The translations under genes and the position numbers were made by a program. A stretch of 64,000 bases of DNA from Planctomycetota bacterium (GTDB lineage Bacteria > Planctomycetota > UBA1135 > UBA2386): NCBI GenBank assembly GCA_035649575.1, contig DASRJH010000085.1:22970-86969 (forward strand), in the 5' to 3' direction. This document shows positions 29,024-41,026 of the stretch, piece after piece (position 1 is the first letter of the stretch; every line of letters begins with the position of its first letter). A model generated the notes under the pieces. The model did not search any database and was not told where the DNA came from. It was given only the letters and a program-made list of their open reading frames with translations.

Positions 29024-29590
29024 CTAGCCCTTCTGGACGCTCCAGATCTCGGCGCCGAGGAAGTCCCACGGCAGTCGGCCTTCGTCGCACTCCGCTGGTG
29101 CCGGCGAGAAGTGCACGTCGACCATGTAGATGATGCGACAGGTGCGCTGGCTGATGTTGCTGGCGCCGTGCGCGATGCCCGGAGGGATGCGCACGAGGCG
29201 GTCCTTGCCATCGCCGAGCACGAAGCGCATCGTCTTGCCTTCGGTAGGGGAACCGGCGCGGCAGTCGTGCAACACGAGCAGCAACTTGTCGCACGGCGGC
29301 ACATACCAGACGTCGGTCTGGCGGTGATGCAGGTGGAAGGCCTTCACGACGCCGGGCTCGATGTCGGAGTAGTTGATCTGCTTGCACTCGAAGCCCGGGA
29401 GCTGGCCGTGCATCCCGGCGGTGAGTCGGCCGAGCTCGGTGATCGAGCCACCGTCGTCGTTGAATCGCTTCAGCTCGACGATCTGCACACCGTCGATGGG
29501 CGGCTGCTTCGTGTAGTCCTGATACACGAAGGCTGCCTTGGCCTTCTCGTTGATGCGCGTTCTGGCGTCGGAATGATGCGGGGCGGTCAC
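29024..29590 (-). CDS. dTDP-4-dehydrorhamnose 3,5-epimerase (RmlC)-like cupin
   Basis: IDGVQIVEL, PGVVKAFHLH, DCRAGSPT and IPPGIAHG. Confidence 0.82.
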   Translation of the reverse strand: MTAPHHSDARTRINEKAKAAFVYQDYTKQPPIDGVQIVELKRFNDDGGSITELGRLTAGMHGQLPGFECKQINYSDIEPGVVKAFHLHHRQTDVWYVPPCDKLLLVLHDCRAGSPTEGKTMRFVLGDGKDRLVRIPPGIAHGASNISQRTCRIIYMVDVHFSPAPAECDEGRLPWDFLGAEIWSVQKG

Positions 29591-29618
29591 CGGGGGTCCT
29601 GCGCGACGAGACGTCGCG

Positions 29619-31628
29619 TCAGCGAGTGGGCAGGCGCCACGGCTTTTCTGCAGTCGGCGGTTCCTGCTCCAGCGTCACCTGGAACTGGAATTGGGCGAAG
29701 CGCTTGTTGTTCTGCTTCGTCAGCGGAACACCGAACGTGAACTTCGCCACGGTGTTGGCTTTGCCACTGGCCTCCAGCACGAGCCCACTCGGCACGGGAC
29801 CGGTCGAGCTCGGCTCCTGCGAGGGCGCGTGGATGAAGGCGACGATCTTGCCTTCGCTGCCGCTGTACAACAGGAAGTAGCTGCGGTCGGTCGGGACCTG
29901 CACTTCGTCGAGGCGCACGAAGGCGAGCTCTTTTTCCTTTCCGGGCTCGATGGCTTCGAGGTCCTTCTCGGTCAGGCCATACCGTGCAATGACCTCACGC
30001 CAGCCTTCCTTCTGGTTCTTGCCGCCTTTGCCCTTGTCTTCGGAACCCGCGGCCTCTTCGCCTCCGCGTGCTTTCGCCTTCTTGAGGGCAGCGAGGTCTT
30101 TGCAAGCCTGCTTGATCGCTTCGGTGAGTTCGCGGGGCATTCCCTCCTTGCGGTAGAGCACGGTGTAGAGGCCGGCAGGTGCGGCAGGAGCAAGTTGGTT
30201 GGCGGTCGTGACCAACGTGCCGATCACGAGCGGCGTTTCCTGACTCTTCTCCAGGAGCTTGGCCAGGTCCAAGGCACGGTCCTTGGCCAGCCAGTTGACG
30301 GGCGCGAACGAAACAGCGCGGTATCCCGTGGGGAAGCCGTCGGCGCCGAGCTCGTAACGCTCCGCGCCGATCTGGGCCGCGAGGTCCGTCAGCTGATCCT
30401 CGACGAAGTAGTTGCGGCTGTAGATGCCGCGCAGGCGGGAGAACAGCACGTCGTAGCCGGGCTTCAGGCTCTTCGCGAGGCGGAAGCCGAGGCCCTCCAG
30501 CACGTCGATGGGCTGCACGGGTGCTCGCGCATCGACGAGCAGCTGGATGGGTTCCTGCCACGAGAGGTAGGAGCCCCCCTTGCCGATCGCCTTGTCCGCC
30601 TTCCATTCGGGGTGCGACAGCACCATGCACCCGGTCTTGTCCTTCTGGAACTTCTTCCACTCGGCATCGAAGACCGTGGCCCCATTCTGGGGTCCGTAGC
30701 CGAGATCGGCCACGAGCTGCCAGACCTGTCCGAACATGTCGAGGTGGCCATACGGGCCCGTGCCCGCCGGCACGGTGCCCACGGGCTTCAGCACTTTGTC
30801 GCGCGAGCCGTGGATCTTGAGGTCCTTCAGCTTGTCTTCGGTGAAGACGTCGCTGGTTGGATCGGCGGGATTGCCCCACGGCCACACCTGCGTCCCGTCG
30901 CCGCGCGCGGCGCGCGTCCACTCCGCTTCGTTGGGCAGGCGCATGCCGAGCCATGCGGCGAACTCGTTCGCTTCGCGGTAGTCGACGTGCACGACGGGAA
31001 GGTTGGCGGTCGAACGCCCTTCTTCGTCCTGCAACTTGTATGGGAGATCGTTGCCGCAGCGTGTCCAGTAGAGCACCGGACCCAACGGGTCGTTGGGGAA
31101 CTGCTGCTTGATGTCGGCGAGCTTGCTGTTGTAGTCGTCCACGCAGCCATAGCGCCACCAGCCGAACGGGGCGCGCGCCGGCAGCTTCTTCTCACGGCGC
31201 ATCCTGATGTAGGGCTCGTACTGGGCGCACGTGACCGGGCACTTGGCGAGCAGGTAGGGCTCGACGGTGACGCGTTGTTGTCCGAGCGTCGACGAGGAGC
31301 GCTGCATCGCTTTGATGAGCTGCTCGGGCGCTGTCTTCGCCGCGAAGGCCGGGCGGGTCGGGCTGATGACCTGGCAGGCCGCAGCTACGAGCTGGTCGAC
31401 GGTCAATCCCATAGGGACGGTGCCGCCCGGCACAGGGAGCAGGAACAGCGGCAGCCCATCCATGGCGGGCGCTGACGGTCTGGCGATCACGCCACCTTGG
31501 CCCTTGGCCGCTGCGCCCGCGGCAACGACTTGATCGGCCGGCTTCGGTGATTGAGCGCACGCCGATACGAGCAGACTGCCGAGGGAGAGCGCCGCCAGCG
31601 AATGCGGTCGCAGCGAGTTCAGTTGCAT
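29619..31628 (-). CDS. lipoprotein with an FGE-sulfatase (SUMF1/EgtB/PvdO/GldK-like) domain
   Basis: Lipobox LVSAC; VPGGTVPMG, PVTCAQY, PVVHVD, RLPNEAEW, DMFGQVWQ, KGGSY and GFRL. Confidence 0.82.
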   Translation of the reverse strand: MQLNSLRPHSLAALSLGSLLVSACAQSPKPADQVVAAGAAAKGQGGVIARPSAPAMDGLPLFLLPVPGGTVPMGLTVDQLVAAACQVISPTRPAFAAKTAPEQLIKAMQRSSSTLGQQRVTVEPYLLAKCPVTCAQYEPYIRMRREKKLPARAPFGWWRYGCVDDYNSKLADIKQQFPNDPLGPVLYWTRCGNDLPYKLQDEEGRSTANLPVVHVDYREANEFAAWLGMRLPNEAEWTRAARGDGTQVWPWGNPADPTSDVFTEDKLKDLKIHGSRDKVLKPVGTVPAGTGPYGHLDMFGQVWQLVADLGYGPQNGATVFDAEWKKFQKDKTGCMVLSHPEWKADKAIGKGGSYLSWQEPIQLLVDARAPVQPIDVLEGLGFRLAKSLKPGYDVLFSRLRGIYSRNYFVEDQLTDLAAQIGAERYELGADGFPTGYRAVSFAPVNWLAKDRALDLAKLLEKSQETPLVIGTLVTTANQLAPAAPAGLYTVLYRKEGMPRELTEAIKQACKDLAALKKAKARGGEEAAGSEDKGKGGKNQKEGWREVIARYGLTEKDLEAIEPGKEKELAFVRLDEVQVPTDRSYFLLYSGSEGKIVAFIHAPSQEPSSTGPVPSGLVLEASGKANTVAKFTFGVPLTKQNNKRFAQFQFQVTLEQEPPTAEKPWRLPTR

Positions 31629-31927
31629 CTTGCTTGGTATGAGGCCAGGGAACTCACGGCGTGCCGCATGGGGGGAGGCGGACACCGTTGGGGACGACGG
31701 AGGGGGCCGGCATCCTAGCTCGATGCCGTGGGGTTTCGAGCGGATTGTCGGTGCCCGAGGCGACGTGGCAACCCCCTCCTCGGCTTCCGCCGCAGCTTCT
31801 GGAGAGTCAGCCATGCCGCGGGGGCGTTGGAAGCGGGCTTGCCCGCAACCCGGCAGTTGACTTCGTTGTCGCCTTGCGCATTTCCGGCAGCGGGCCTTTG
31901 CAGAGTGTTTCGCCCAAACGCAGTCGT

Positions 31928-32950
31928 TCAAAACAACATGCCGGGGTTCGCCGCGAAGAACCTGTAGCCCATGCGATCGAGCCCGTCGGCGACCATGTTG
32001 GCGAGCGTCGGGTCGAAGTGGCGGCCGGCCTGTTCACGGAACATCGCGACGATCTTCGGGATCGGCCACGCGGGCTTGTAGCTGCGCGGCTCGGCCAGGG
32101 CGTCGTAGACCTCGGCCAATACGAGGATGCGGCCGGGCAGGTCGACTTCCTCCCCCTGGAGGCCGTTGGGGTAGCCCTTGCCATCCCAGCGCTCGTGGTG
32201 CTGGTAGACCCAGTTGCGCATGTCCTCGTGGTCGGCCAGCTGTGACAGCACCTCGTAGCCCATGGCCGGATGCCGCTTCACGACCTCCATTTCCTCCGCC
32301 GTCAGAGGCCCCGGTTTGGTGAGTATGTGGTCTGGGACCCCGATCTTGCCTACGTCGTGAAGCAACGCGGCCAGCCGCAAAGAGGCGCGATCCTCGGCGC
32401 TGACGCCGCAACGGCAGGCCAACGCGTCCGTGTAGCCGACGACGCGGGCGGCATGGCCGCTCGTGGTCGGGTCCTTCATTTCGATCGTGCGCGGCAGGAC
32501 GGACGTGAGCACCCGGTTGGCGGACTCCAGCTCCTGGTTGCGTCGCGCCAGCTCAGTCTCCGTGATGACGCGCCGGCAGGTCGCCAGCAGGCTGTTCGCG
32601 TCGAATGGCTTGACCACGATGTCGGCCACGTGTTTGCGCAGGGCCTCCTGTGCTCCGTCGAACGTCGGGCGCCCCGTGAACACGATGACCGGCGTGCACG
32701 GCCGTCGCTCCCGCGCGACCTCGGCGATCTGCGAGCCGAGATCCGTGTTGCCGAGGTAGAGGTCCGTGAGAACGAGCTGGAACTGCTCCTGCCGCATCAA
32801 CGCAACGGCCTGGCGCAGGCTCGTCGCGACCGAAACCGCGTAGTTCGCCGCTTCGAGGACCTGCCGGAGCCCCTGCAGCACGTCGGGCTCGTCGTCTACG
32901 AGCAGGATGCGCTGGCGACTGGGCCACGGCGTCGGTGGTGAGACCGCCAT
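31928..32950 (-). CDS. response regulator with HD-GYP cyclic-di-nucleotide phosphodiesterase domain
   Basis: REC domain (LVDDE, LTD); KDPTTSGH, HDVGKIG and HHERWDGKGYP. Confidence 0.9.
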   Translation of the reverse strand: MAVSPPTPWPSRQRILLVDDEPDVLQGLRQVLEAANYAVSVATSLRQAVALMRQEQFQLVLTDLYLGNTDLGSQIAEVARERRPCTPVIVFTGRPTFDGAQEALRKHVADIVVKPFDANSLLATCRRVITETELARRNQELESANRVLTSVLPRTIEMKDPTTSGHAARVVGYTDALACRCGVSAEDRASLRLAALLHDVGKIGVPDHILTKPGPLTAEEMEVVKRHPAMGYEVLSQLADHEDMRNWVYQHHERWDGKGYPNGLQGEEVDLPGRILVLAEVYDALAEPRSYKPAWPIPKIVAMFREQAGRHFDPTLANMVADGLDRMGYRFFAANPGMLF

Positions 32951-33256
32951 GCCACCGGGACTTGACGCGCGGTCGGAAGTCTGTGCTGCATCGGCAGAAT
33001 TGGGGCGCCCTGCGTCGGCATGCGGGAGTCTCATGATGCGTGTCCTAACCGGGAAGGAGCCTGGGTTCGCGGCGAGGCGTATCCGTAAACTAGTGTCCAC
33101 AAGACCAGCGCGGACTCAACAGACTTCACCCCATTCCAATCGAGGGTTTCACCCGCGGAGAAGTTCACTGACGCGGCGGCCGCTCGCCCCGCTCCCGCGT
33201 CGACTCGACGGTTGCGCCGCGGGCAGATGGCCCCAGAATCCCCGATGGGACCTGGA

Positions 33257-34228
33257 ATGGCAGAAACCTTTTCACGCATCGTTCGCGCGGCAGACGCCGG
33301 GATCCGCTTGGACCAGTTCCTCGCCAACCAGCCCGAAGTCGCCGGCCGTGCGAACGCGCGGCGCCTCGTCGATGCCGGGCAGGTGACGGTCGCCGGCCTG
33401 CGCGTCCGGCCGGGCATGTTCCTCGAGGCGCATCAGGTCGTGGAGTTCGTCGTCGACCTCGTGGTGCGCGATCCGCTCGCTCCCGACCTGCCGCTGCCCG
33501 AGATCGCTGTGCTCTACGAGGACGAGAGCCTCTGCGCGATCGACAAGCCCGTCGGTCTGGCGGCGCACCCATCCGAAGACAAGTCGGTGGTCGCGCACAC
33601 GGTAGCGAGCTGGGCGCTGGCTCGATGGGTGGAGCTGCCTTCGGCGGAGGAGACGCCGGGTCGTCCCGGCATCGTGCATCGCCTCGACCGCGACACTTCC
33701 GGGGTCATGGTCGTGGCGAAGACGCAGGTGGCCTTCGAGTTCCTGCGCGCGCAGTTCAAGGCCCGCACGGTCCAGAAGGAATACCGATGCCTCGTATTCG
33801 GCGAGCCGCGCTTCCAGAGCGACTGGATCGAACGGCCGATCGCAGTCGATCCGCGTCATCCCGATCGCATGACGGTCGTCGAGGAAGGTGGGCGCGAGTC
33901 GTCGACCTTCTACGAAGTGGTGGAACGGTTCCAGGGCTTTGCACACGTGCGCTGCATGCCGAAGACCGGCCGCACGCATCAGATCCGCGTGCACATGACG
34001 GCGATCGGGCATTCGCTGGTCGGCGACCGCGTCTACCGTTCGCGGGTGCGGCAACACGACGTGCTGCCGGACGGCGCGCCGGACCCGAAGCGGCAGTGTC
34101 TGCACGCGCAACGCCTCGTCCTGCCGCATCCGGCGACGCACGAGACGATCGAGTTCGAGGCCCCGATGCCGGCCGACATGCGCGACCTGCTCGTCTGGCT
34201 GCGCGCCAACCGTGCGGCAGGGCGCTGA
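33257..34228 (+). CDS. rluD: RluA-family 23S rRNA pseudouridine synthase with S4 domain
   Basis: RLDQFL, DKPVGL, RPGIVHRLDRDTSG, TGRTHQIRVH and LHA. Confidence 0.88.
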   Translation: MAETFSRIVRAADAGIRLDQFLANQPEVAGRANARRLVDAGQVTVAGLRVRPGMFLEAHQVVEFVVDLVVRDPLAPDLPLPEIAVLYEDESLCAIDKPVGLAAHPSEDKSVVAHTVASWALARWVELPSAEETPGRPGIVHRLDRDTSGVMVVAKTQVAFEFLRAQFKARTVQKEYRCLVFGEPRFQSDWIERPIAVDPRHPDRMTVVEEGGRESSTFYEVVERFQGFAHVRCMPKTGRTHQIRVHMTAIGHSLVGDRVYRSRVRQHDVLPDGAPDPKRQCLHAQRLVLPHPATHETIEFEAPMPADMRDLLVWLRANRAAGR

Positions 34229-34309
34229 GGCCGCGGACTCCTCACGAGACTGGCGCGGGACCGTTGCCCTGCTACCGTGCCGGCTCACGCCGGTGCGCTC
34301 GAGTTCGAC

Positions 34310-36408
34310 ATGCTGAGCCGTTGGAACGATGAAGAAGCCCGGGACTACTGCCGCCGCTACGAGGCCCATGGCGAGGTCTTGGCGCTGCGCGTCTACACGT
34401 CGCGGCTGATCGGCCGCGAACCGACTCTGGTGCTGCACGGCGGAGGCAACACGTCCGTGAAGACGCGGCGCAGGGATGTACTCGGGAACCTCGTGCCGGT
34501 GTTGTGTGTGAAAGGCAGCGGCAGCGATCTCGCCGAGGTCGAACCGGCCGGGCTGCCGGCCGTGCGGCTGCAACCGCTGCAGGAGCTGCGGATCCTCGAG
34601 CGGCTCTCCGACACCGACATGCAGAATGCCGTGCGCTCAGCGCTGCTCGACAGCCGCGCGCCGAACCCGTCCGTCGAGACGCTGCTGCATGCGTTCTTGC
34701 CGCACACGTTCGTCGACCACACGCATGCCGACGCGGTGCTCGCGCTGACCGACCAGCCCGATCCACAAGCGCACGTGCGCGACGCGTTTTCCGACGACGT
34801 CGTGTTGCTGCCGTGGATCATGCCGGGCTTCCCGCTCGCAAAGGCCGTTGCGGCCGCCTTCGAACGGGCCCAGCGTTGCCGCGGCATCGTGCTCGGGAAG
34901 CATGGGCTCTTCACGTTCGGCGACGATGCGCGCGAGAGCTACGAACGCACGATCGAGCTCGTCGACCGCGCCGAGCGCTACATCACACGTCGCATCGGCG
35001 GTGTTCCCGCGATGTTGCGCGGCGAGAGGGCCCCGTTGCCGGCCTCGGAGCGGCGCGTGTTCCTGCAGCGGGCCTTGCCCGTGCTGCGGGGCGCCGTGGC
35101 CACAGCGATCGAGACGCCCGTGGGCCCAGCGTGGCAGCGTGTGATCGCCGAGGCGCGCACGCACGACGACCTCGCGGCCTTTGCGTCCCACGCCGGCGCG
35201 CGTGCCTTGTGTGCGACGAACCCGATCACGCCCGACCACGTGATCCGCACGAAGGGTCGTTACCTCTTCCTGTCGCGCGAGGCCGCGGTCGATCCGGTTT
35301 CGTGTCGGCGCGAGGTCGCCGACTACGTCGCCGGGTATCGGCGTTACTTCGAGACCTGCGCGCAGGACCTTGCCCCGGGTCGCATGCTGCGCGCCACGCC
35401 GAACGTCGCCGTGGTCGAAGGTGTCGGACTCGTGGCGCTGCACGGCTCGAGGAGAGCCGCCGTGATCGCCGCCGACATCGCCGAACACACGCTGCGCGTC
35501 AAGGCAACAGCGCAAGCGCTCGGCAAATACGAGCCGCTCGCGGACGGGCCACTCGCGCAGATGGAGTACTGGCCGCTCGAGCTCGAGAAGCTCGGCACCG
35601 TGAAGGAACCGTTGTTGCACGGCCAGATCGCGCTCGTCACGGGGGCCGCGGGCGCGATCGGTTGCGGCATCGTCGAGGCGCTGCTCGAGCACGGCGCTTG
35701 TGTGCTCGCGAGCGACATCGACCCCGAGCGCCTCGAGGTCGTGGCCCGGCGGTTTCTGAAGCAGCGTTCGCAACTGGCCACCCACGTCGCGGATGTCCGC
35801 GATCCGGCCGCTGTCGCCGCGATGTTCGCAGAGTGTGTGTCGACGTTCGGTGGCGTCGACTGCGTCGTGCCCAACGCCGGCATCGCGGGTGTCGGTCGCA
35901 TCGAGGCGCTCGACGCCGCGAGCTTTCAGCGCGTGTTCGAGATCAATGCGACCGGCACGATGCTCGTGCTGCAGGAAGCGGCGCGGGTCCTGCGCGCGCA
36001 GGGCACGGGCGGCAGCATCGTCGTGCAAGCCAGCAAGAACGTGTTTGCACCCGGCGTAGGCTTCGGCCCCTATTCGGCCAGCAAGGCGGCCGTGCTGCAG
36101 CTCGCGCGCATCGCGGCGCTCGAGTTCGCCGAGTTCGGCGTGCGCTGCAACGTGATCAATGCCGATGCCGTGTTCGGCGACGGCGAGGTCGAGAGCCAGC
36201 TCTGGCACGTGCTCGGCCCCGAGCGCATGCGGGCTCGAGGCCTCGACGAGGCGGGGTTGCGCGAGTACTACCGGCAGCGCTCGTTGTTGAAGATCGCGGT
36301 GCTGCCGCGCCACGTGGGCGAGGCGGTCGTGTTCTTCGCGTCGATGCGCACGCCGACCACGGGCGCCGTGTTGCCCGTCGACGGGGGGCTGCCCGAGGCG
36401 TTCCCGCG

Positions 36409-36412
<4 letters not shown>
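34310..36412 (+). CDS. bifunctional class II aldolase / short-chain dehydrogenase (RhaD/YuxG-like)
   Basis: HGGGNTSVK, KGSG, PSVETLLH, HTHAD and PDH; SDR motifs TGAAGAIG, NAG and YSASK. Confidence 0.9.
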
Positions 36413-37380
<968 letters not shown>

Positions 37381-37405
37381 GGCCAAAAGCCACGAGGACG
37401 CACCC

Positions 37406-38437
37406 ATGAGGCCACATGTCGCCATGGCCGTCGCGAGGACGACGTTTCGCGAGTTCTGGCGCAGCCCCGAGGCCGTGTTCTGGACCTACGGCTTCCCGCT
37501 GATCATGGCCATCGTGCTCGGCTTCGCGTTCCGGCCGGGCGAGCTGCCGCCCGTTCCCGTCGTCGTCGTCGAGGGCGAACAGGCAGAGAGCTACGCGGAC
37601 AGCTTGCGGCAACATCCGCGTCTCAAGGTCGAGGTCCTGCCCGAGGCCCTCGGCGACCGCGCGCTCGCGCGCGGCCACACCGCGCTGCTGCTGAAAGTGA
37701 AGGATGGCAAACCGGTCTTGCGCGCCGACCCGACGCGGCCCGAAGCCGAAGTTGCGCGCCTGCTCGTCGAGCGCGTGCTGCGCGACAGGGACAATGGCCC
37801 GGGCCCGCAGATCGCGAGCGAGGTCGAAGCTCGCCCCGGCGCGCGCTACATCGACTTCCTGATTCCCGGTCTGCTCGGCCTCAACCTGCTCGGCGCGGGC
37901 ATGTGGGGCGTCGGCTTCAACCTCGTGCAGATGCGCACGCAGCACCTGCTGAGGAGGCTGTTCGTGACTCCGATGCGCCGCAGTGAGTTCCTGGTCGGCT
38001 ACCTGCTGGGCCGGTTCGTGCTCGTCGTGCCCGAGTCCGCGGCGATCGTCCTGTTCGGCTACGTGTTGTGGGGCGTGCCGCTGCGCGGCAGCATCGCAGC
38101 GATGACGGTGCTCGTCGTCGTGGGCGGCCTCGCCTTCAGCGGGCTCGGCTGTCTGCTGGCCACGCGGCCGCGCACGATCGAGGGCATCGCGGGCCTCATG
38201 AATGCGTTCCAGTTGCCGATGTGGCTGCTCGGCGGCACGTTCTTCAGCAACGAGAAGCTCGAGGGCATCGTGCGCTGGGCGGCGGAAGCGATGCCGCTCA
38301 CGCACCTGAATCGCGGGCTGCGGGACCTGATGCTCGAACCGGGCGGTTGGTCGGACGTGACGTGGCCGCTCATTGGTCTGTCGGGCTTCGCGTGTGCGTG
38401 CTTCCTGCTAGCGCTGCGGCTGTTCCGCTGGACGTGA
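37406..38437 (+). CDS. ABC-2 type exporter permease
   Basis: FWTYGFP, RYIDFLIPG, GTFF and MPLTH; six-TM pattern. Confidence 0.88.
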   Translation: MRPHVAMAVARTTFREFWRSPEAVFWTYGFPLIMAIVLGFAFRPGELPPVPVVVVEGEQAESYADSLRQHPRLKVEVLPEALGDRALARGHTALLLKVKDGKPVLRADPTRPEAEVARLLVERVLRDRDNGPGPQIASEVEARPGARYIDFLIPGLLGLNLLGAGMWGVGFNLVQMRTQHLLRRLFVTPMRRSEFLVGYLLGRFVLVVPESAAIVLFGYVLWGVPLRGSIAAMTVLVVVGGLAFSGLGCLLATRPRTIEGIAGLMNAFQLPMWLLGGTFFSNEKLEGIVRWAAEAMPLTHLNRGLRDLMLEPGGWSDVTWPLIGLSGFACACFLLALRLFRWT

Positions 38438-38502
38438 GGTGCGGCGCCACCGGGCTCCCGCACTGCGAATACTGGCCCGTAAGCCGTGGTCCTGACTGGT
38501 CT

Positions 38503-38530
38503 TTGACACCCGGCGCAGAGTTACTAGAGT
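38503..38530 (+). promoter_or_regulatory. putative sigma70 promoter
   Basis: TTGACA-N16-TAGAGT, about 80 bp upstream of the next CDS. Confidence 0.6.
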
Positions 38531-38608
38531 ACGGGCGTGGCGAGGACTGTGACCCTGTCGAACGACCTCCAGTGCTCGTCGCGATCGTTCCCCTGACCTC
38601 CGACTCCG

Positions 38609-39310
38609 ATGATCCCACGACCAGTCCTTTGTCTTGTCTCGGCTTTGGCGCTGTGCCCCGGTGATGCACCGGCAGCCGTTCCGGCCTTGCGGCTTTGCCC
38701 CGAATTCCAGACGCAGGATCCGCCCAAGCCAAAGACCCCTGTCGATCTCCAGGCCGAGCGCGAAAAGCTGCGCGAGACGGACGTCCTGGCCTGGAAGAAG
38801 CTGCCGGTCAAGTCGATGGCCGAGGTCGTCGACCCGAAGAAGGAGTCGGAGCCGCTCGAAATCCCCGACTCCGTCACGGCCGAGGAGAAGGCCAAGATGG
38901 AGGAACTGATGAAGAAGGCCAAGGACGGCGCCGGTGCCAAGGCCGACCGGGCGCTGCGCGAGTTCGAGAAGATGGGTTACCCCGCGCTGCTCTTCATCAT
39001 CAACCAGCTGCGCGAGATCGACTACAAGAACACGGACGCCGCCCTGTGGGGGATGCGACTCAACACGACGCTGATGAACATCACGATGGGCGTGCACACT
39101 GGCTACGTCGCGGTGGACCTCGGTGAAGAGATGGATCCCCGCAAGGCGCAGTGGAACGCGAAGACGGTCAGGGAGTGGGTCAACGCAGTGAAGAAGGAGT
39201 GGCCGACGCGCGAGAAGTTCGACGAGTTCATCACGAAGCGGAAGGCCAAGAAGGAAGCCGAACTCGAGGGCGGCGGCGAGAAGAAGGCCGACCCGCCAAA
39301 GGGCAAGTAG
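38609..39310 (+). CDS. exported, highly charged helical hypothetical protein
   Basis: Signal-like N-terminus; Lys/Glu-rich body with strongly GC3-biased codons. Confidence 0.75.
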   Translation: MIPRPVLCLVSALALCPGDAPAAVPALRLCPEFQTQDPPKPKTPVDLQAEREKLRETDVLAWKKLPVKSMAEVVDPKKESEPLEIPDSVTAEEKAKMEELMKKAKDGAGAKADRALREFEKMGYPALLFIINQLREIDYKNTDAALWGMRLNTTLMNITMGVHTGYVAVDLGEEMDPRKAQWNAKTVREWVNAVKKEWPTREKFDEFITKRKAKKEAELEGGGEKKADPPKGK

Positions 39311-39414
39311 CCCCGCCGCGATCGCGCGCACGTTCGTCCGAGAAGTTCTTCACGTGACGTCGGTCGCGAGGAGGGTCCCTGAGCCGAGGGGCCGGTCGAT
39401 GCGCAGTCCCCGCG

Positions 39415-40554
39415 CTACCGCAGGTGTCGAGCCCTCAGCTTCGTGATGGTCGCAGTCGTGCCTGCGGGAGCGACGATGCCGGGCTCGCCCTTGCGCGACT
39501 TCGTTGACTTGATGTCCTCGGCATAGAGGAGGACGCCCTTGTATGTGACCGTCAGCTGGTTGCCGATCGTGCGGATCACGAGGTTGTAGACCCTGCCGTA
39601 CTCGATCGGGATGGTTGCATTCTTCGTTCCGACGGTGAACCCGGGGACCTCCTTCGTGTCCATTTTGTCGCCGATGCGCGTGTAGAACACCAGGGAACCC
39701 GAGTCGAGCTCCAGATCGATCTCGAGCACATAGTCGCGCCACTTGTCGGCGGGCGTGTAGCTGAGGCCGCCCGACGCAGATTGCGCTCCGGGCTCATTGG
39801 TCAATGTCAGGCCGGCATCGAACGTGTGCTTGAAGGAGCTCGAAGCTGCGAGGGTCCAACCCGAGGTGTGGGCCAGAAGGTTGGTCCACGGCACCTTGTT
39901 CTGGTACGCCTCGTCGAACAGCTTCGCGACGATCCCGTTGATCTCCGTGTAGGTCTGCTTCCACATCGGTGTGAACAACGACTCCCCCTCCTTGTCCTTG
40001 TTTGCCATCGCCTCGTGCAACAGGGAGCGGATCGTGTCCTCGAGGGGGCCATAGGGAGCCAGCTGCTCCCCGGTGGTCGCCGAGGCAGCGGCTGTCGCGG
40101 CAGTGCGCAAGGCATCGAGGTAGCGCTTGGTCACTTCCTTGGCCGCTTTGTTGTACCGGGTCAGGAGCTCGCCCCCTGCGTCGGTCGCCTGCCCCTTGAG
40201 TTCGGCGTCCCGCACATCGTTGAAGAGCTTTCTGAGGATGTCGGTGGTCGGCGCCGATGCCAAGTGCGCCTCGATGGCGGACAACTTTTCCCTCAAGGAA
40301 GGAGTCTTGACGGGGTCCTGCGGGTGGCTCTCGACCCACTCCTCGAATTCGCGAAGCTGCTCGTTGCACTGCTGCTCGGCATGGATGAGCGAGTCATGCG
40401 TGTCCATCACGAACATCAGCACGATGCCGGTCACCAGAGTGACGCCGCCGATGACGAGCCACCCGATCCTGGCCATACGCTTTGCATCCGCGTCGCGAAC
40501 CCTCTGCGGATCGACGTCGTGAGGGCGGCTGCGCCCTGTGTGTCGTCGGACCAT
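39415..40554 (-). CDS. chimeric membrane-anchored protein, shortened paralog of 41171-42700
   Basis: Near-identical C-terminal region to 41171-42700; the first ~11 codons match the start of 42700-43581. Confidence 0.8.
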   Translation of the reverse strand: MVRRHTGRSRPHDVDPQRVRDADAKRMARIGWLVIGGVTLVTGIVLMFVMDTHDSLIHAEQQCNEQLREFEEWVESHPQDPVKTPSLREKLSAIEAHLASAPTTDILRKLFNDVRDAELKGQATDAGGELLTRYNKAAKEVTKRYLDALRTAATAAASATTGEQLAPYGPLEDTIRSLLHEAMANKDKEGESLFTPMWKQTYTEINGIVAKLFDEAYQNKVPWTNLLAHTSGWTLAASSSFKHTFDAGLTLTNEPGAQSASGGLSYTPADKWRDYVLEIDLELDSGSLVFYTRIGDKMDTKEVPGFTVGTKNATIPIEYGRVYNLVIRTIGNQLTVTYKGVLLYAEDIKSTKSRKGEPGIVAPAGTTATITKLRARHLR

Positions 40555-40558
40555 CGGC

Positions 40559-41026
40559 TCACTTCCTCGCTTCGTAGTCCCAGCCTGCGGCGAACTGGAT
40601 CTTCTCGATGTTCTCGCGCTTGGCGAGGTTGACCACGCACACCACGTCGTGCCAGGGAACCATCGGGGCCGCGTCGACGATCGCGGGAGTCTGCGGCTTG
40701 CCGAGACGCAACCAGCCGGCATAGCTGTCGCGGATCAGCTCCTGCAGTTGGGTGTCGTCGCGGACGGTCGTGTTGCCGAACTTGCGGATCGTGCTGCTGT
40801 TCGCTTCGTCCCAGAGCAGGGCGACGCGGATCTCTTCGATCGGCGTTGGCTGCGACGGCAGGTGGACCTGCCCCATGTCCTTGGGCAACCACGACTCGAA
40901 CTTGCCTTCGAGCTCCTTCCACTTCATGGAGCACATGAAGAACACGCACAGACAGAAGATGATGTCGACCATCGGGACGACCTGGATGCTCACAGGGTTG
41001 TCGTTCGGATCTTGGCTACCGGCCAT
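40559..41026 (-). CDS. exbD: ExbD/TolR family protein (duplicate copy)
   Basis: VVPMVDIIFCLCVFFM TM with the conserved Asp; near-identical to 43586-44053. Confidence 0.88.
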   Translation of the reverse strand: MAGSQDPNDNPVSIQVVPMVDIIFCLCVFFMCSMKWKELEGKFESWLPKDMGQVHLPSQPTPIEEIRVALLWDEANSSTIRKFGNTTVRDDTQLQELIRDSYAGWLRLGKPQTPAIVDAAPMVPWHDVVCVVNLAKRENIEKIQFAAGWDYEARK

